This document shows, piece by piece, positions 10,701 through 18,700 of a stretch of DNA of 64,000 nt. Location of the stretch: contig JBMFNR010000001.1 in NCBI GenBank assembly GCA_049970055.1, positions 480,001 through 544,000 on the forward strand, given 5' to 3'. The notes below the pieces were generated by a model. That model did no database searches and was not told where the DNA came from. It worked only from the letters and a program-made list of their open reading frames with translations. The translations under genes and the position numbers were made by a program. The stretch's first letter is position 1. The number at the start of each line of letters is the position of its first letter. Origin of the DNA: Fervidobacterium sp. (GTDB lineage: Bacteria > Thermotogota > Thermotogae > Thermotogales > Fervidobacteriaceae).

Positions 10701-10981
10701 GGGGCGTAATCAACGATGTACACTGTAATAACTGGGTCCTTGATTAAATTTTTGATGTATGGTTCTACAAATTTCTTAATCTCATCTACCGTTTTTCCAA
10801 CTACTTTTAGGCTTCCAGCGAATGGGTATGTTATCGTGCCGTCATTTGCAACTTTCACAACTTTGCTCAGTGATGGTTGATTAAAAACTTCGATCGCAAT
10901 TGTGTCTCCTACACGTACTGTATATGAGAACGCAAAAGCAACGAAAAGTATAAAAAATGCTGAAAGGATATTCTTTCTCAT
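7769..10981 (-). CDS. large polysaccharide export protein (Wza/OPX-like) with multiple SLBB/beta-grasp repeats
   Basis: N-terminal Poly_export motif (VRVGDTIAIEV...VANDGTITYPFAG); terminal SLBB (VLGEVNKPG...PGDVIYVP); RBS GGAGG before ATG 10981. Confidence 0.85.
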   Translation of the reverse strand: MRKNILSAFFILFVAFAFSYTVRVGDTIAIEVFNQPSLSKVVKVANDGTITYPFAGSLKVVGKTVDEIKKFVEPYIKNLIKDPVITVYIVDYAPMYVYIQGAINRVFDISFMPEATLSKLFTYLSIDKSSPIDFENILVIRAGKTTKFNMLSYFYEGKVTNDMVLQENDTVYFPPLDYKSQIQVTGAYTLLIQYEPGMTLRSVLFKLGALDEERAQIESSILTVFGKSQNVNLEDVIAGKVDYPISAGASLYIPKRDERFVYVIGFVPSTGAKTFFLEEDMNLALALAKAGGISKDSEKWIEKIVITKPDGKTQQYAPSILSTASLVKLPSGSIIEVVKYPEFKVYLTGDFKTGAITFEPDEPKALNVLLTKIGGIPTDQLKWIESIKINGKVVDMSKLDSYALSNNDTVEIKKYPEFKVYLTGDFKTGAITFEPDEPKALNVLLTKIGGIPTDQLKWIESIKINGKVVDMSKLDSYALSNNDTVEIKKYPEFYVYVQGTANTKGKIVFEPQESRTLKLLIAKVGFPNENVENEGTAIINNEVKVSLKDVIYGTKDYTLSLGDIVQFTYEPFIVTTIGSSVPTIELSYKEPRTLSYAIKKLGIQQPESLEKVVLIRNTEETEYKLDQLIYETVTVPLERYDTIVLKQSQVNAVYLVGDVSAYVTFEYNEPITLYRILAKVRLNDFKQLDKITLGAVKLNLEQDTQIPKGSILHVYLKKPIFVTAMGYIKTTGMVQFDYYETPDLKTLFAKLGGLIVGPELYYTSDKVIIMRDGKIVGQFDADKVYKGIENTELQDKDFVYVTVKEPNQVYVFGKGMPNGLIKFSSGEEFDLRTLISKLGGIKEGISNKLTIISDDSVNTIPWSESVNIQLINKSIITFDVDKENYVYLITPDGKPKMLYIDKNTTLYEVLTKVGIDKNYRKIEIVRGTEKQMLELKNISESRSYNIKPGDVIKILDMPENYAYVLGEVNKPGIVQLTENMTVLQAIIQSGYFSAKAAPSSVWLYKGGVNGKPIRVNLSAALSGGVLTDNPIVEPGDVIYVPSDVFKTALEWVPVISNLITLYDNISKLFK
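9504..9968. repeat. exact 225-bp tandem duplication (2 copies plus 15-bp terminal microhomology) encoding a 75-aa domain
   Basis: 9504-9728 is identical to 9729-9953 by base-by-base reading; AATTCTGGGTATTTT recurs at 9504, 9729 and 9954. Confidence 0.95.
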
Positions 10982-11095
10982 TTTTCCGTCCTCCCTTATC
11001 TTGATTTTCACATAAGTTCTAAAAAAGATTATATCACCAAGTAAAATGTCTGTATGTTACACAATTGTTAATTCTGCCGTACTTTAAAAATTTTT

Positions 11096-11124
11096 TTGAC
11101 TTCCGATAATGTATATGGTATAAT
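11096..11124 (+). promoter_or_regulatory. sigma70-type promoter with extended -10
   Basis: TTGACT-N17-TATAAT with TGn, about 50 bp upstream of the dehydrogenase start. Confidence 0.65.
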
Positions 11125-11177
11125 TCATTCAGTGAATGAATAATGGTAAAGGCAACCTAACACAGGGAGGTTTTGGT

Positions 11178-12476
11178 ATGAGTCTATATGAGAAGATATT
11201 GAGTAAGAAAGCCATAGTAGGTGTTATTGGAATGGGATATGTTGGTTTGCCGTTGGCTGTTGAGAAAGCGCGAGCGGGATACAAGGTGGTAGGATTTGAT
11301 ATTCAGCACAAGAGAGTCGACATGATTAACCGTGGTGAGAATTATATAGGTGATGTGGATGATAGTGAGCTGAGAGAGCTGGCTTCTTCTGGAAGTTTAA
11401 GGGCAACAACGGATTTCGATGAACTCGAAAAGTGTGATGTTATAAGTATATGCGTGCCAACACCCCTTGATAAATTCAAGCAACCCGACCTAAGCTATAT
11501 AATAAATAGCGCACATGAAATTAGAAGGAGGCTCAGGAAAGGGCAATTAATCGTACTTGAGAGCACGACATACCCCGGTACAACGGATGAAGTAGTTTTG
11601 CCCATCCTTGAACAAAGCGGTCTGAAGGTTGGAAAAGATTTCTATCTTGCTTTTAGTCCAGAGCGAGTAGATCCGGGTAATCCAAGGTACAAGACAAGGA
11701 ATACGCCAAAGGTTGTTGGTGGTATAACACCTGAGTGTACTAAGCATGCCGTTGCACTGTACGAAAATGTTTTAGAAGCGGGTGTTTTCCCAGTTTCTTC
11801 CCCAAAAGCCGCTGAGATGACGAAGATTTTGGAAAATACGTTTAGACTTGTGAATATAGCGCTTGTTCAGGAGATGACAAAGGTTGCAAACAAGATGGGA
11901 ATTAATATTTGGGAGGTTATTGATGCTGCCGCAACAAAACCTTTCGGATACATGCCATTTTACCCGGGCCCCGGAATAGGTGGACATTGTATACCTATTG
12001 ATCCGTTTTATCTTGTTTATAAGGCTAAGGAATATGATTTACATATGATGCTCATTGAACAAGCTGGTGAGATTTCTGATGGTATGCCATATTACGTCGT
12101 TGATAGGCTAACGGATATATTAAACGATCGAAAAAAGTGCTTGAATGGCACTAATATATTGATATTGGGTGTTACATACAAAGGAAATATCGATGATTTG
12201 AGAGAAAGCCCCGCTTTAAAAGTTATTGAGATTTTAGAGAGAAAGAAGGTCAATGTGTTCTATTACGATCCATTCGTTTCAGAGTTTACACACAATGGTA
12301 AGCATTACAAAAGAGTGGAACTTTCAGAAGAGTTTCTAAAGAGTATGGATGGTGCGATGATTACTTCCGGGCATACAATAGGCATAGATTATGAATATAT
12401 CACCAAACACGTTCCATTTGTCTTTGATACAAAGAACGTTACAAAAGGAAAGTATGAAAATGTGATATTGCTATAG
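11178..12476 (+). CDS. nucleotide-sugar (UDP-GlcNAc/ManNAc) 6-dehydrogenase
   Basis: GMGYVG, ICVPTP, LESTTYPGTT, FSPERVDPGN, GIGGHCIPIDP, DLRESP; RBS GGAGG before ATG 11178. Confidence 0.92.
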   Translation: MSLYEKILSKKAIVGVIGMGYVGLPLAVEKARAGYKVVGFDIQHKRVDMINRGENYIGDVDDSELRELASSGSLRATTDFDELEKCDVISICVPTPLDKFKQPDLSYIINSAHEIRRRLRKGQLIVLESTTYPGTTDEVVLPILEQSGLKVGKDFYLAFSPERVDPGNPRYKTRNTPKVVGGITPECTKHAVALYENVLEAGVFPVSSPKAAEMTKILENTFRLVNIALVQEMTKVANKMGINIWEVIDAAATKPFGYMPFYPGPGIGGHCIPIDPFYLVYKAKEYDLHMMLIEQAGEISDGMPYYVVDRLTDILNDRKKCLNGTNILILGVTYKGNIDDLRESPALKVIEILERKKVNVFYYDPFVSEFTHNGKHYKRVELSEEFLKSMDGAMITSGHTIGIDYEYITKHVPFVFDTKNVTKGKYENVILL

Positions 12477-12501
12477 AATTTCTGAAGATGCATATATAAA
12501 G

Positions 12502-12529
12502 AACCGGTGGTGGTCAAGCCCCACCGGTT
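12502..12529. terminator. hairpin between convergent genes
   Basis: AACCGGTGG...CCACCGGTT inverted repeat. Confidence 0.6.
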
Positions 12530-14382
12530 TATTCATACCTCATTTCAATGTATCTGTTTGAAGCATTCCAAAGCATGTATTCATTTATACCAAGGTCTTT
12601 GAGTGCTTGGATTTGTTTTCTTATCTCTTTCTCAGTGTAAGTTATATGCCCTTTCACCCAGGTTGCTGTAAATGCCTGGATCCACGGCCGTATTCGTGCC
12701 GGTGATGGGACGTGCCTGTTGCGAATAATTCCATCTGAGACGGAATTGTAGACGGTTTCATATGGATAGGCATCAGGTATCGGTAGTCTAAACGAGCCGT
12801 TCGCGTAGTGACTTGGGTACACCATTGGGCAAACATAGTCAACAGTATTTGAAATTAATTCCCAGTGCTGACCTATGCCAAGGTCGTCGATAACGTTGGG
12901 GACAAGGCCAAATATGTCTACTGCAAGAGGCACGTTATACGGTTCAAGCTCTTTCTTTGATTTTACCAAGAACTTGTAAATCGCTTCTGCCATTGTTTCG
13001 TTTCCTGGTCGACGGAGATTTACTCTTTCGCGTGTATCCTTTGTCAGTTCCGGGAACCTTACGTAATCGTACTGTATTTCGTCGAAACCAACTTCTATAG
13101 CTTCTTTTGCAACTGCGATGTTGTAATCCCACAATTCTCTGTCGTACGCAGATGCCCACGGTACTCTGTAAACACCCATATACGGCTCTCCAGTGTCTTT
13201 GTAAACGATGGCTTTATTCATATGTGTTCGTGCATAAGTTGGATCTTTAAAGCAAACAATCCTCGCAATTAGATATATACCCTGTAATTTGAGGTGGAAG
13301 ATTATCTGTTTTATCTCTTCCTTCGTGTAAGCGGCATCTTTGTTTGCATTTGGTGAGTAAGTTAAAGCAGTCTGTGATTTGAAAAGCATCGTACCTTCGT
13401 CGTCTTTGACATCTATAACAAGAGCATTTAGGTTATTTCGCTTAACAAATGCTGCGTATTTTTCAAGGTTTTCTTTTGAGCTTGCGGTGGCACGGGAAAT
13501 GTATATACCACGAATATCTGGAACTTTAGCAGGTACTTTCTTAATGGGGTTAAGTTGTAGTGAGTCTGGAGATGAAAGAAGTAATTTTCCTATATTTGTT
13601 AAATTTACAGATCTAATCCAACCTTCCTTTTGTGTGTTTTCATCTGATAGGAAGATTATCTTTGTATATGTGGTTTGATTGAACTCTTTTTCTTCCATGA
13701 TTTTTACGTATTTACCGTATTTAAGCTTGGTTATTTCGTTTCTTGTTTCGGGTGAATCAAATACACTTGTTCCACCTGCGTTAATAAATGCAAGTTCATA
13801 GAGCGACGAAATTTTAATGCCTTCGTCTTGGCTATTTTGACTAGCTCGGGAATCAGTTGTTTTCTGGCTTTTGTATTGTGTATTTTTCACATTGTTTTGA
13901 ATTGTGTCAGTCGCTTGTGGAGTCTTTTCAATTATATTTTTGCTTGAAGTGTTTGGAGTGTTTTCTTTTGAATTTTCTACGTTTACATCTTTTGTTGTTA
14001 CTGTTGACTGAGGCAATGTGTTTGTATCGTTGCCGGTAATTTCAATCTTGATTGTAGAGGAAGCTGATAAGATATCGCTGGGGGTTGTTTGGTTTGAGGA
14101 CATACCAGTTGTGGAACTTTCAATCGTTGAAGATGCAGGATTTGTCAATCTTTGCCCCGACTGTTGCTGATTTTCAGCATAGGCTTTTTCGAAAAAGTAA
14201 AGGTACGTAAAGAGCGCTGATAATACAATGATGGAAATAATGAAAGTAAAAAAGGCAATTTTGTGAAGTTTTTCTTCGCGTATTCTTTTCATGGTTAATT
14301 TACCTTGTTGACTCATTTTGTAAATCTTATTTAAAAACCTGTACTCTCTTTTTTGTTTGTTTTTGGGGTTATTTAACGACAT
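12529..14382 (-). CDS. membrane-anchored putative glycoside hydrolase (DUF4015-like) with S/T/Q-rich linker and SH3b-like segment
   Basis: N-terminal TM; low-complexity linker; NALVIDVKDD, ARIVCFKD, GFDEIQYDYVRFP, PMVYPSHY, RPWIQAF. Confidence 0.75.
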   Translation of the reverse strand: MSLNNPKNKQKREYRFLNKIYKMSQQGKLTMKRIREEKLHKIAFFTFIISIIVLSALFTYLYFFEKAYAENQQQSGQRLTNPASSTIESSTTGMSSNQTTPSDILSASSTIKIEITGNDTNTLPQSTVTTKDVNVENSKENTPNTSSKNIIEKTPQATDTIQNNVKNTQYKSQKTTDSRASQNSQDEGIKISSLYELAFINAGGTSVFDSPETRNEITKLKYGKYVKIMEEKEFNQTTYTKIIFLSDENTQKEGWIRSVNLTNIGKLLLSSPDSLQLNPIKKVPAKVPDIRGIYISRATASSKENLEKYAAFVKRNNLNALVIDVKDDEGTMLFKSQTALTYSPNANKDAAYTKEEIKQIIFHLKLQGIYLIARIVCFKDPTYARTHMNKAIVYKDTGEPYMGVYRVPWASAYDRELWDYNIAVAKEAIEVGFDEIQYDYVRFPELTKDTRERVNLRRPGNETMAEAIYKFLVKSKKELEPYNVPLAVDIFGLVPNVIDDLGIGQHWELISNTVDYVCPMVYPSHYANGSFRLPIPDAYPYETVYNSVSDGIIRNRHVPSPARIRPWIQAFTATWVKGHITYTEKEIRKQIQALKDLGINEYMLWNASNRYIEMRYE

Positions 14383-14556
14383 TCAACCATCCTTCCTACT
14401 CTAGGAGTTTGTTTTGACTAATACACTTGATTATTGTAACATAAAAAAGATTTTTGGTGAAGGGGATTGCGAACGACAGCTTGAATGTTGCTCAGAGTGT
14501 GATATAATAAATATAGTAATTATGGTAGAAGATAGACTAGATAGGAGGTGTGAATT

Positions 14557-14763
14557 ATGCCAATGTATAGGTACGTGTGCTCCTCGTGTGGGAACGAAGA
14601 ATTACACCTTCACAGTATTAACGACTCGCCAGCGATTAAGTGCGGTAAATGTGGTAACACGATGACGAAAGCGGTGGGTAGAGTTGGCATTGTTTTTAAA
14701 GGTAGCGGATTTTATATTACCGATAATAAGAAGACTTCAGTAAGCGAAACAAAAAGCGAATAA
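14557..14763 (+). CDS. FmdB-family zinc-ribbon protein
   Basis: MPMYRYVCSSCG...CGKCG...FKGSGFYITD. Confidence 0.9.
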   Translation: MPMYRYVCSSCGNEELHLHSINDSPAIKCGKCGNTMTKAVGRVGIVFKGSGFYITDNKKTSVSETKSE

Positions 14764-14776
14764 GCAATAAAAAATA

Positions 14777-14796
14777 AAGCCCCCACATGGGGGCTT
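14777..14796. terminator. bidirectional terminator hairpin
   Basis: AAGCCCCC-ACAT-GGGGGCTT between convergent genes. Confidence 0.7.
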
Positions 14797-14815
14797 AATT
14801 ATTCTCCTCAATGGT

Positions 14816-15016
14816 TTACTTTATCACTTTAACATTGGCCGCTTGAGGACCCTTTTGGCCGTTTTGAACGTCAAATTCGACTTTGTCTCCCTCTTTCAAT
14901 GTCTTGTAACCTTCAGCTTGAATAGCACTGTAGTGGACAAAGATGTCTTCTCCGTCTTCTTTTGTGATAAAACCGTAACCTTTCTTTGCATCAAACCACT
15001 TAACTGTTCCTTTCAT
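14816..15016 (-). CDS. cold-shock protein (CspA family)
   Basis: [17 protein letters not shown] (RNP1), DIFVHYSAI (RNP2), GPQAANV. Confidence 0.97.
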   Translation of the reverse strand: MKGTVKWFDAKKGYGFITKEDGEDIFVHYSAIQAEGYKTLKEGDKVEFDVQNGQKGPQAANVKVIK

Positions 15017-15070
15017 GTAAAACGCCTCCTAAAATCTTAGTTTCTTTCCGCTCTTTAAGGCGGTTGATTC

Positions 15071-15099
15071 ATTATACACCCTTGAGGTTAAAAAGTCAA
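15071..15099 (-). promoter_or_regulatory. sigma70-type promoter of the csp gene
   Basis: Minus strand TTGACT-N17-TATAAT. Confidence 0.75.
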
Positions 15100-15134
15100 T
15101 AGTTTTTCGGAACTTTTTTAAGTGCTTTTCGGTG

Positions 15135-15266
15135 TTGACAAATTTGTGTTTTTCGTTTAGAATATGTGCTGGATTTAAGAGGTTTACTTTAGAAATATAT
15201 GAAAGAATAAGAAAAATTAGGGAAAATAAAAAAGACACTTGACAGAAAGGCAAAATATGATAAAAT
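15135..15266 (+). promoter_or_regulatory. tandem sigma70-type promoters upstream of tRNA-Asn
   Basis: TTGACA-N17-TAGAAT (15135-15163) and TTGACA-N16-TAAAAT (15239-15266). Confidence 0.6.
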
Positions 15267-15287
15267 TGTATATGTAATGATAATAGT

Positions 15288-15363
15288 TCCGGCGTAGCTC
15301 AATCGGCAGAGCGGGTGGCTGTTAACCACTAGGTTGGGGGTTCGAGTCCCTCCGCCGGAGCCA
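15288..15363 (+). tRNA. tRNA-Asn (GTT)
   Basis: Acceptor stem TCCGGCG/CGCCGGA; anticodon arm GGTGG-CTGTTAA-CCACT; GGTTCGAG T-loop; 3' CCA; 76 nt. Confidence 0.97.
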
Positions 15364-15370
15364 AATAAAG

Positions 15371-15400
15371 AAAAAGAGCGGTTGGAGAACCGCTCTTTTT
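15371..15400. terminator. bidirectional intrinsic terminator
   Basis: AAAAAGAGCGGTT-GGAG-AACCGCTCTTTTT. Confidence 0.85.
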
Positions 15401-15416
15401 GTTTTTTTTGATTATT

Positions 15417-15896
15417 TTATATCATACTTCCTTCACTGAACATCGATAAGTCTTCGCCCATTAATCTTTCCGTAAGTGTTTTCAAGTGCTGTTTTTCTTC
15501 GTTTATAATCTCTTCAACAGGTTTTGGATCGGGAACAATGAGCTTGAGTTCGTTGTAGTAAATTATTGAATCTTTTTCCACTTCTATAGCTTTTCTAAGT
15601 GCTCCTACAAGTGTTTCAGGAATTTCTTCTTTTTCAATTTCCGGGAATATAAAGGCTTTTGCGTAGGTTTCTGCATAACCGGTTACCTCTTCGTTTTGCC
15701 AAGTTGCAAAATTGCTATCGCTTTCGTATTTTTTCATAATCTCTTCAAAGCGCTTTGCGTGGTCTCTTTCCTGATTTGCTAGATCTTGGAACAATGTTTT
15801 TAGGTTGCCGCTAGCTTTTTCTGCAAGTTTTGTGTAGTATGAATAACCAGCTCCTTCAACCTTGATAGCTATTGAGAGAAGTTCCTTGCCTGTCAT
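15417..15896 (-). CDS. ferritin-like / rubrerythrin-domain protein
   Basis: Di-iron pattern E..Y, QERDH, EKDSIIYY, EEKQH. Confidence 0.85.
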   Translation of the reverse strand: MTGKELLSIAIKVEGAGYSYYTKLAEKASGNLKTLFQDLANQERDHAKRFEEIMKKYESDSNFATWQNEEVTGYAETYAKAFIFPEIEKEEIPETLVGALRKAIEVEKDSIIYYNELKLIVPDPKPVEEIINEEKQHLKTLTERLMGEDLSMFSEGSMI

Positions 15897-15974
15897 AAGC
15901 TCACCTCCTTATTATGGTTAAAAAGATTTTTGGCTATGTGATGAAATTTTCACATGTTGTCACTCTTTATTATA

Positions 15975-16415
15975 TCATCTTCTTAAAAATTTTTGCCAAT
16001 TTTTCATTTGAATATGTGGTTTGTCAGGAAGGCTTTTCCACCGACCACCCCATTCGAGACCTAATGATTCTGCTATTTTTCCACATGTTTCCCACAAGAA
16101 ATCATTGTTCCAAACAACTTTCCCATCTACAACTGGAACAAAATCAAACGCGAGACCATAACAATGAGGTGAGCTTTTTAGATGTGTGACTATTTTATTT
16201 TCAGATTCCTTAATCGGTTCTAACCCCGCCTTTTCACGGGCTAAATTTACAACGCTGATAGGCGTCCTGCCTTGTAAATAAAGGGCCTCTTGTTCTTGTT
16301 TTGTCCTAAGCGTACTGTAAATTTTGACTCTAATGCCTTGTTTTTCACATTCTGTTATGAAAATGTAAGCTAATCGTTTAAAATGTTCGTTAAGTTTTTC
16401 CAAATCACTTGTCAT
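15975..16415 (-). CDS. M15 family metallopeptidase (L-Ala-D-Glu endopeptidase-like)
   Basis: LRTKQEQEALYLQGR, SPHCYGLAFD, LEWGGRW, DKPHIQ. Confidence 0.88.
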   Translation of the reverse strand: MTSDLEKLNEHFKRLAYIFITECEKQGIRVKIYSTLRTKQEQEALYLQGRTPISVVNLAREKAGLEPIKESENKIVTHLKSSPHCYGLAFDFVPVVDGKVVWNNDFLWETCGKIAESLGLEWGGRWKSLPDKPHIQMKNWQKFLRR

Positions 16416-16547
16416 ATTTTATCACCTCCCCTATTGATTTATCTACTACCTTTTGTGTTATAATAATCTAAAATTTAGGAAATTTCGTTTTTCTGACACA
16501 TATTCATGGCCGTAAGGGCTTACAAAAAAAGACAGGGAGGGATTCTC

Positions 16548-18170
16548 ATGGAGCATTATGGATGGTTAAGCTTGCTGCCACCGGTTGTTACGATTGCTTT
16601 AGCTCTTTTAACAAAGGAAGTTATTTTTTCGCTATTTTCTGGTGTTTTCATCGGATATCTGATTGTCAGCAACTGGAATCCAGTTGTAGCTCTGATCCGT
16701 GCAACTGACGGAATCGCGAATTCACTCAATGATGGATGGAACATTAGAATTGTTCTTTTCTGTGCTCTATTGGGAGCGTTCGTAGGATTGATGCAAGCCA
16801 CTGGAGCAGCACACGCGTTTGGAAGATGGATGGCATCAAAGGTAAAAAGTAGACTCGGAACGCTTATAATCACATGGCTTTTTGGTATTTTTATTTTCAT
16901 CGACGATTATTTCAATTCACTCACGATAGGTACCGTTATGAGACCTGTAACAGATGAACAGAAGATTTCTAGGGCAAAACTTGCCTATATCCTCGACTCT
17001 ACAGCAGCTCCCGTTAGCGTCCTTGCCCCTGTTTCAAGCTGGGTTGTTACGATAATGAGTATTATCAAAGGTTCAGACGGTTTTTCAAAACTTGGTGTCA
17101 GTGAGTTTACTTTCTTTATTATGCTTATTCCGATTAATCTTTATGCAATTTTGGCAATATTAATGGTGTTGCAAACATCACTTAGAAAAGATTTTGGTCC
17201 CATGGCGTTGAGTGAGGAAAGAGCTTTGAAAGGGTTGGGGCTTTACAACGAAGCATATGGACAGCCGACGGGAGAAATAAAAGAAGGGATTGTTGTTAAG
17301 GAGAAGGCAAAAGCTATAGATATGATTCTACCTATACTTGTGCTTGTTGGACTTGCAGTTACTTTCTTCCCAGTAACTACGTACCTCGGCGCAATTGATG
17401 GTGAAAATATTCATAATTTCAACGAAGCCGTTAAATCGATGACTTTGAAAGAAGCATTCAATAACACAGATGCGTCTAAGGCACTTCTTTATGGGTCGTT
17501 ATATACACTGGTATTTTCGTCCATATATTTTATGTTAAGAGGCCTTTTAACAATTCAAAGAGTTGGTGAAGCGATCATCGTTGGTGTTAAGTCAATGGTA
17601 CCTGCGTTGGTCATATTAACCCTTGCATGGACGTTAGGTAGTGTGATAAAGACTCCTGCCAGCGAAGGTGGGCTAGGACTTTCAAAATACTTGTCCGAGG
17701 TAGTCACAGCAGGCGCATTCCCAATTTGGGCATTACCTGTCGTTGTTTTTCTTGTTGCTGCAGCTATTTCATTTTCAACAGGTACGAGCTGGGGAACATT
17801 CTCGATAATGATACCTATAACTATGCCAATAGCGATTGCATTAGCTGAGAAAGCTGGTGCAAGTTTGATGAATACAGCACTGGTTTCAATAGGTGCCGCA
17901 GTCGGAGGGGCTATCTTTGGTGACCATTGCTCACCAATATCTGATACGACGATACTATCTTCAACGGGGGCAAGTTGCCCACACTTTGAACATGTTGCAA
18001 CACAGATGCCTTACGCAGTCTTTGTGATGCTCGTTTCAGCCGTTGGTTACCTTGTGGCTGGTATTTTTGATAACCCGATTGCAGGTCTGATATCCGCACT
18101 CATTGTCTTCTTCATCGCGTTTGAAATTGTTTCAAGAATATGGAAACCTAAAGAATTTAAATTAAGTTAA
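16548..18170 (+). CDS. NhaC-family Na+/H+ antiporter / amino-acid transporter
   Basis: FIDDYFN, DSTAAP, FSTGTSWGTF, GDHCSPISDTTILSS; RBS GGAGG before ATG 16548. Confidence 0.88.
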   Translation: MEHYGWLSLLPPVVTIALALLTKEVIFSLFSGVFIGYLIVSNWNPVVALIRATDGIANSLNDGWNIRIVLFCALLGAFVGLMQATGAAHAFGRWMASKVKSRLGTLIITWLFGIFIFIDDYFNSLTIGTVMRPVTDEQKISRAKLAYILDSTAAPVSVLAPVSSWVVTIMSIIKGSDGFSKLGVSEFTFFIMLIPINLYAILAILMVLQTSLRKDFGPMALSEERALKGLGLYNEAYGQPTGEIKEGIVVKEKAKAIDMILPILVLVGLAVTFFPVTTYLGAIDGENIHNFNEAVKSMTLKEAFNNTDASKALLYGSLYTLVFSSIYFMLRGLLTIQRVGEAIIVGVKSMVPALVILTLAWTLGSVIKTPASEGGLGLSKYLSEVVTAGAFPIWALPVVVFLVAAAISFSTGTSWGTFSIMIPITMPIAIALAEKAGASLMNTALVSIGAAVGGAIFGDHCSPISDTTILSSTGASCPHFEHVATQMPYAVFVMLVSAVGYLVAGIFDNPIAGLISALIVFFIAFEIVSRIWKPKEFKLS

Positions 18171-18203
18171 AGTGAAAAGTTAGCACCAATTAATAATCAA
18201 CTT

Positions 18204-18227
18204 CAAAGCCCCCGTTTGGGGGCTTTG
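18204..18227. terminator. terminator hairpin between convergent genes
   Basis: CAAAGCCCCC-GTTT-GGGGGCTTTG. Confidence 0.7.
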
Positions 18228-18256
18228 CGTTATGGGGTTTTATTTTATATATCATT

Positions 18257-18700
18257 TTATATATCATCTTGAACATCCAAATAATAGTCAATTAGTTCAT
18301 CTTTTGCAAAAAAAATCGAAGATTCTCTTTCGAAACTTTCAAGTGAATCACTTGCGTGAACGAGATTTTTTGTTACCGTCAATGCGAATTCTCCCCTGAT
18401 TGTTCCTGCTTCCGCCTTCAACGGATCGGTTGCGCCAATGATGTGTCTAACAAGCTCCAAGCACCTTGGAGCCTCAAGGATTAAAGCAACTACGGGGCCG
18501 CTGAGCATGAAGCTTATGAGATCTTCGTAAAACGGTTTCCCTTTGTGTGGCTCGTACAATCTTTCTACTTGTTTTCGGGTCATCTTGAGAAATTTCATTC
18601 CAACGATCTTAATTCCCCTTTGTTCAAACCTTTTTAATATTTCTCCAACAAGCCCTCGCCTAACTGCGTTTGGTTTAAGGATTATAAAAGTTCTTTCCAT
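18257..18700 (-). CDS. ndk: nucleoside-diphosphate kinase
   Basis: MERTFIILKP, GATDP..AEAGTIRG, NLVHASDS. Confidence 0.96.
   Translation of the reverse strand: MERTFIILKPNAVRRGLVGEILKRFEQRGIKIVGMKFLKMTRKQVERLYEPHKGKPFYEDLISFMLSGPVVALILEAPRCLELVRHIIGATDPLKAEAGTIRGEFALTVTKNLVHASDSLESFERESSIFFAKDELIDYYLDVQDDI

Noticed and set aside
15029..15253. 74-aa ORF upstream of csp
   Set aside because: Spans the divergent csp and tRNA promoters; no RBS; low-complexity AT-rich translation
15288..16415. Prophage or island integrated at tRNA-Asn
   Set aside because: No integrase, no duplicated tRNA 3' end and no other phage genes in the window
16506..16547. Lys-containing upstream extension of the NhaC ORF as a second attenuator
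   Set aside because: In frame with the gene, with no stop codon and no terminator hairpin
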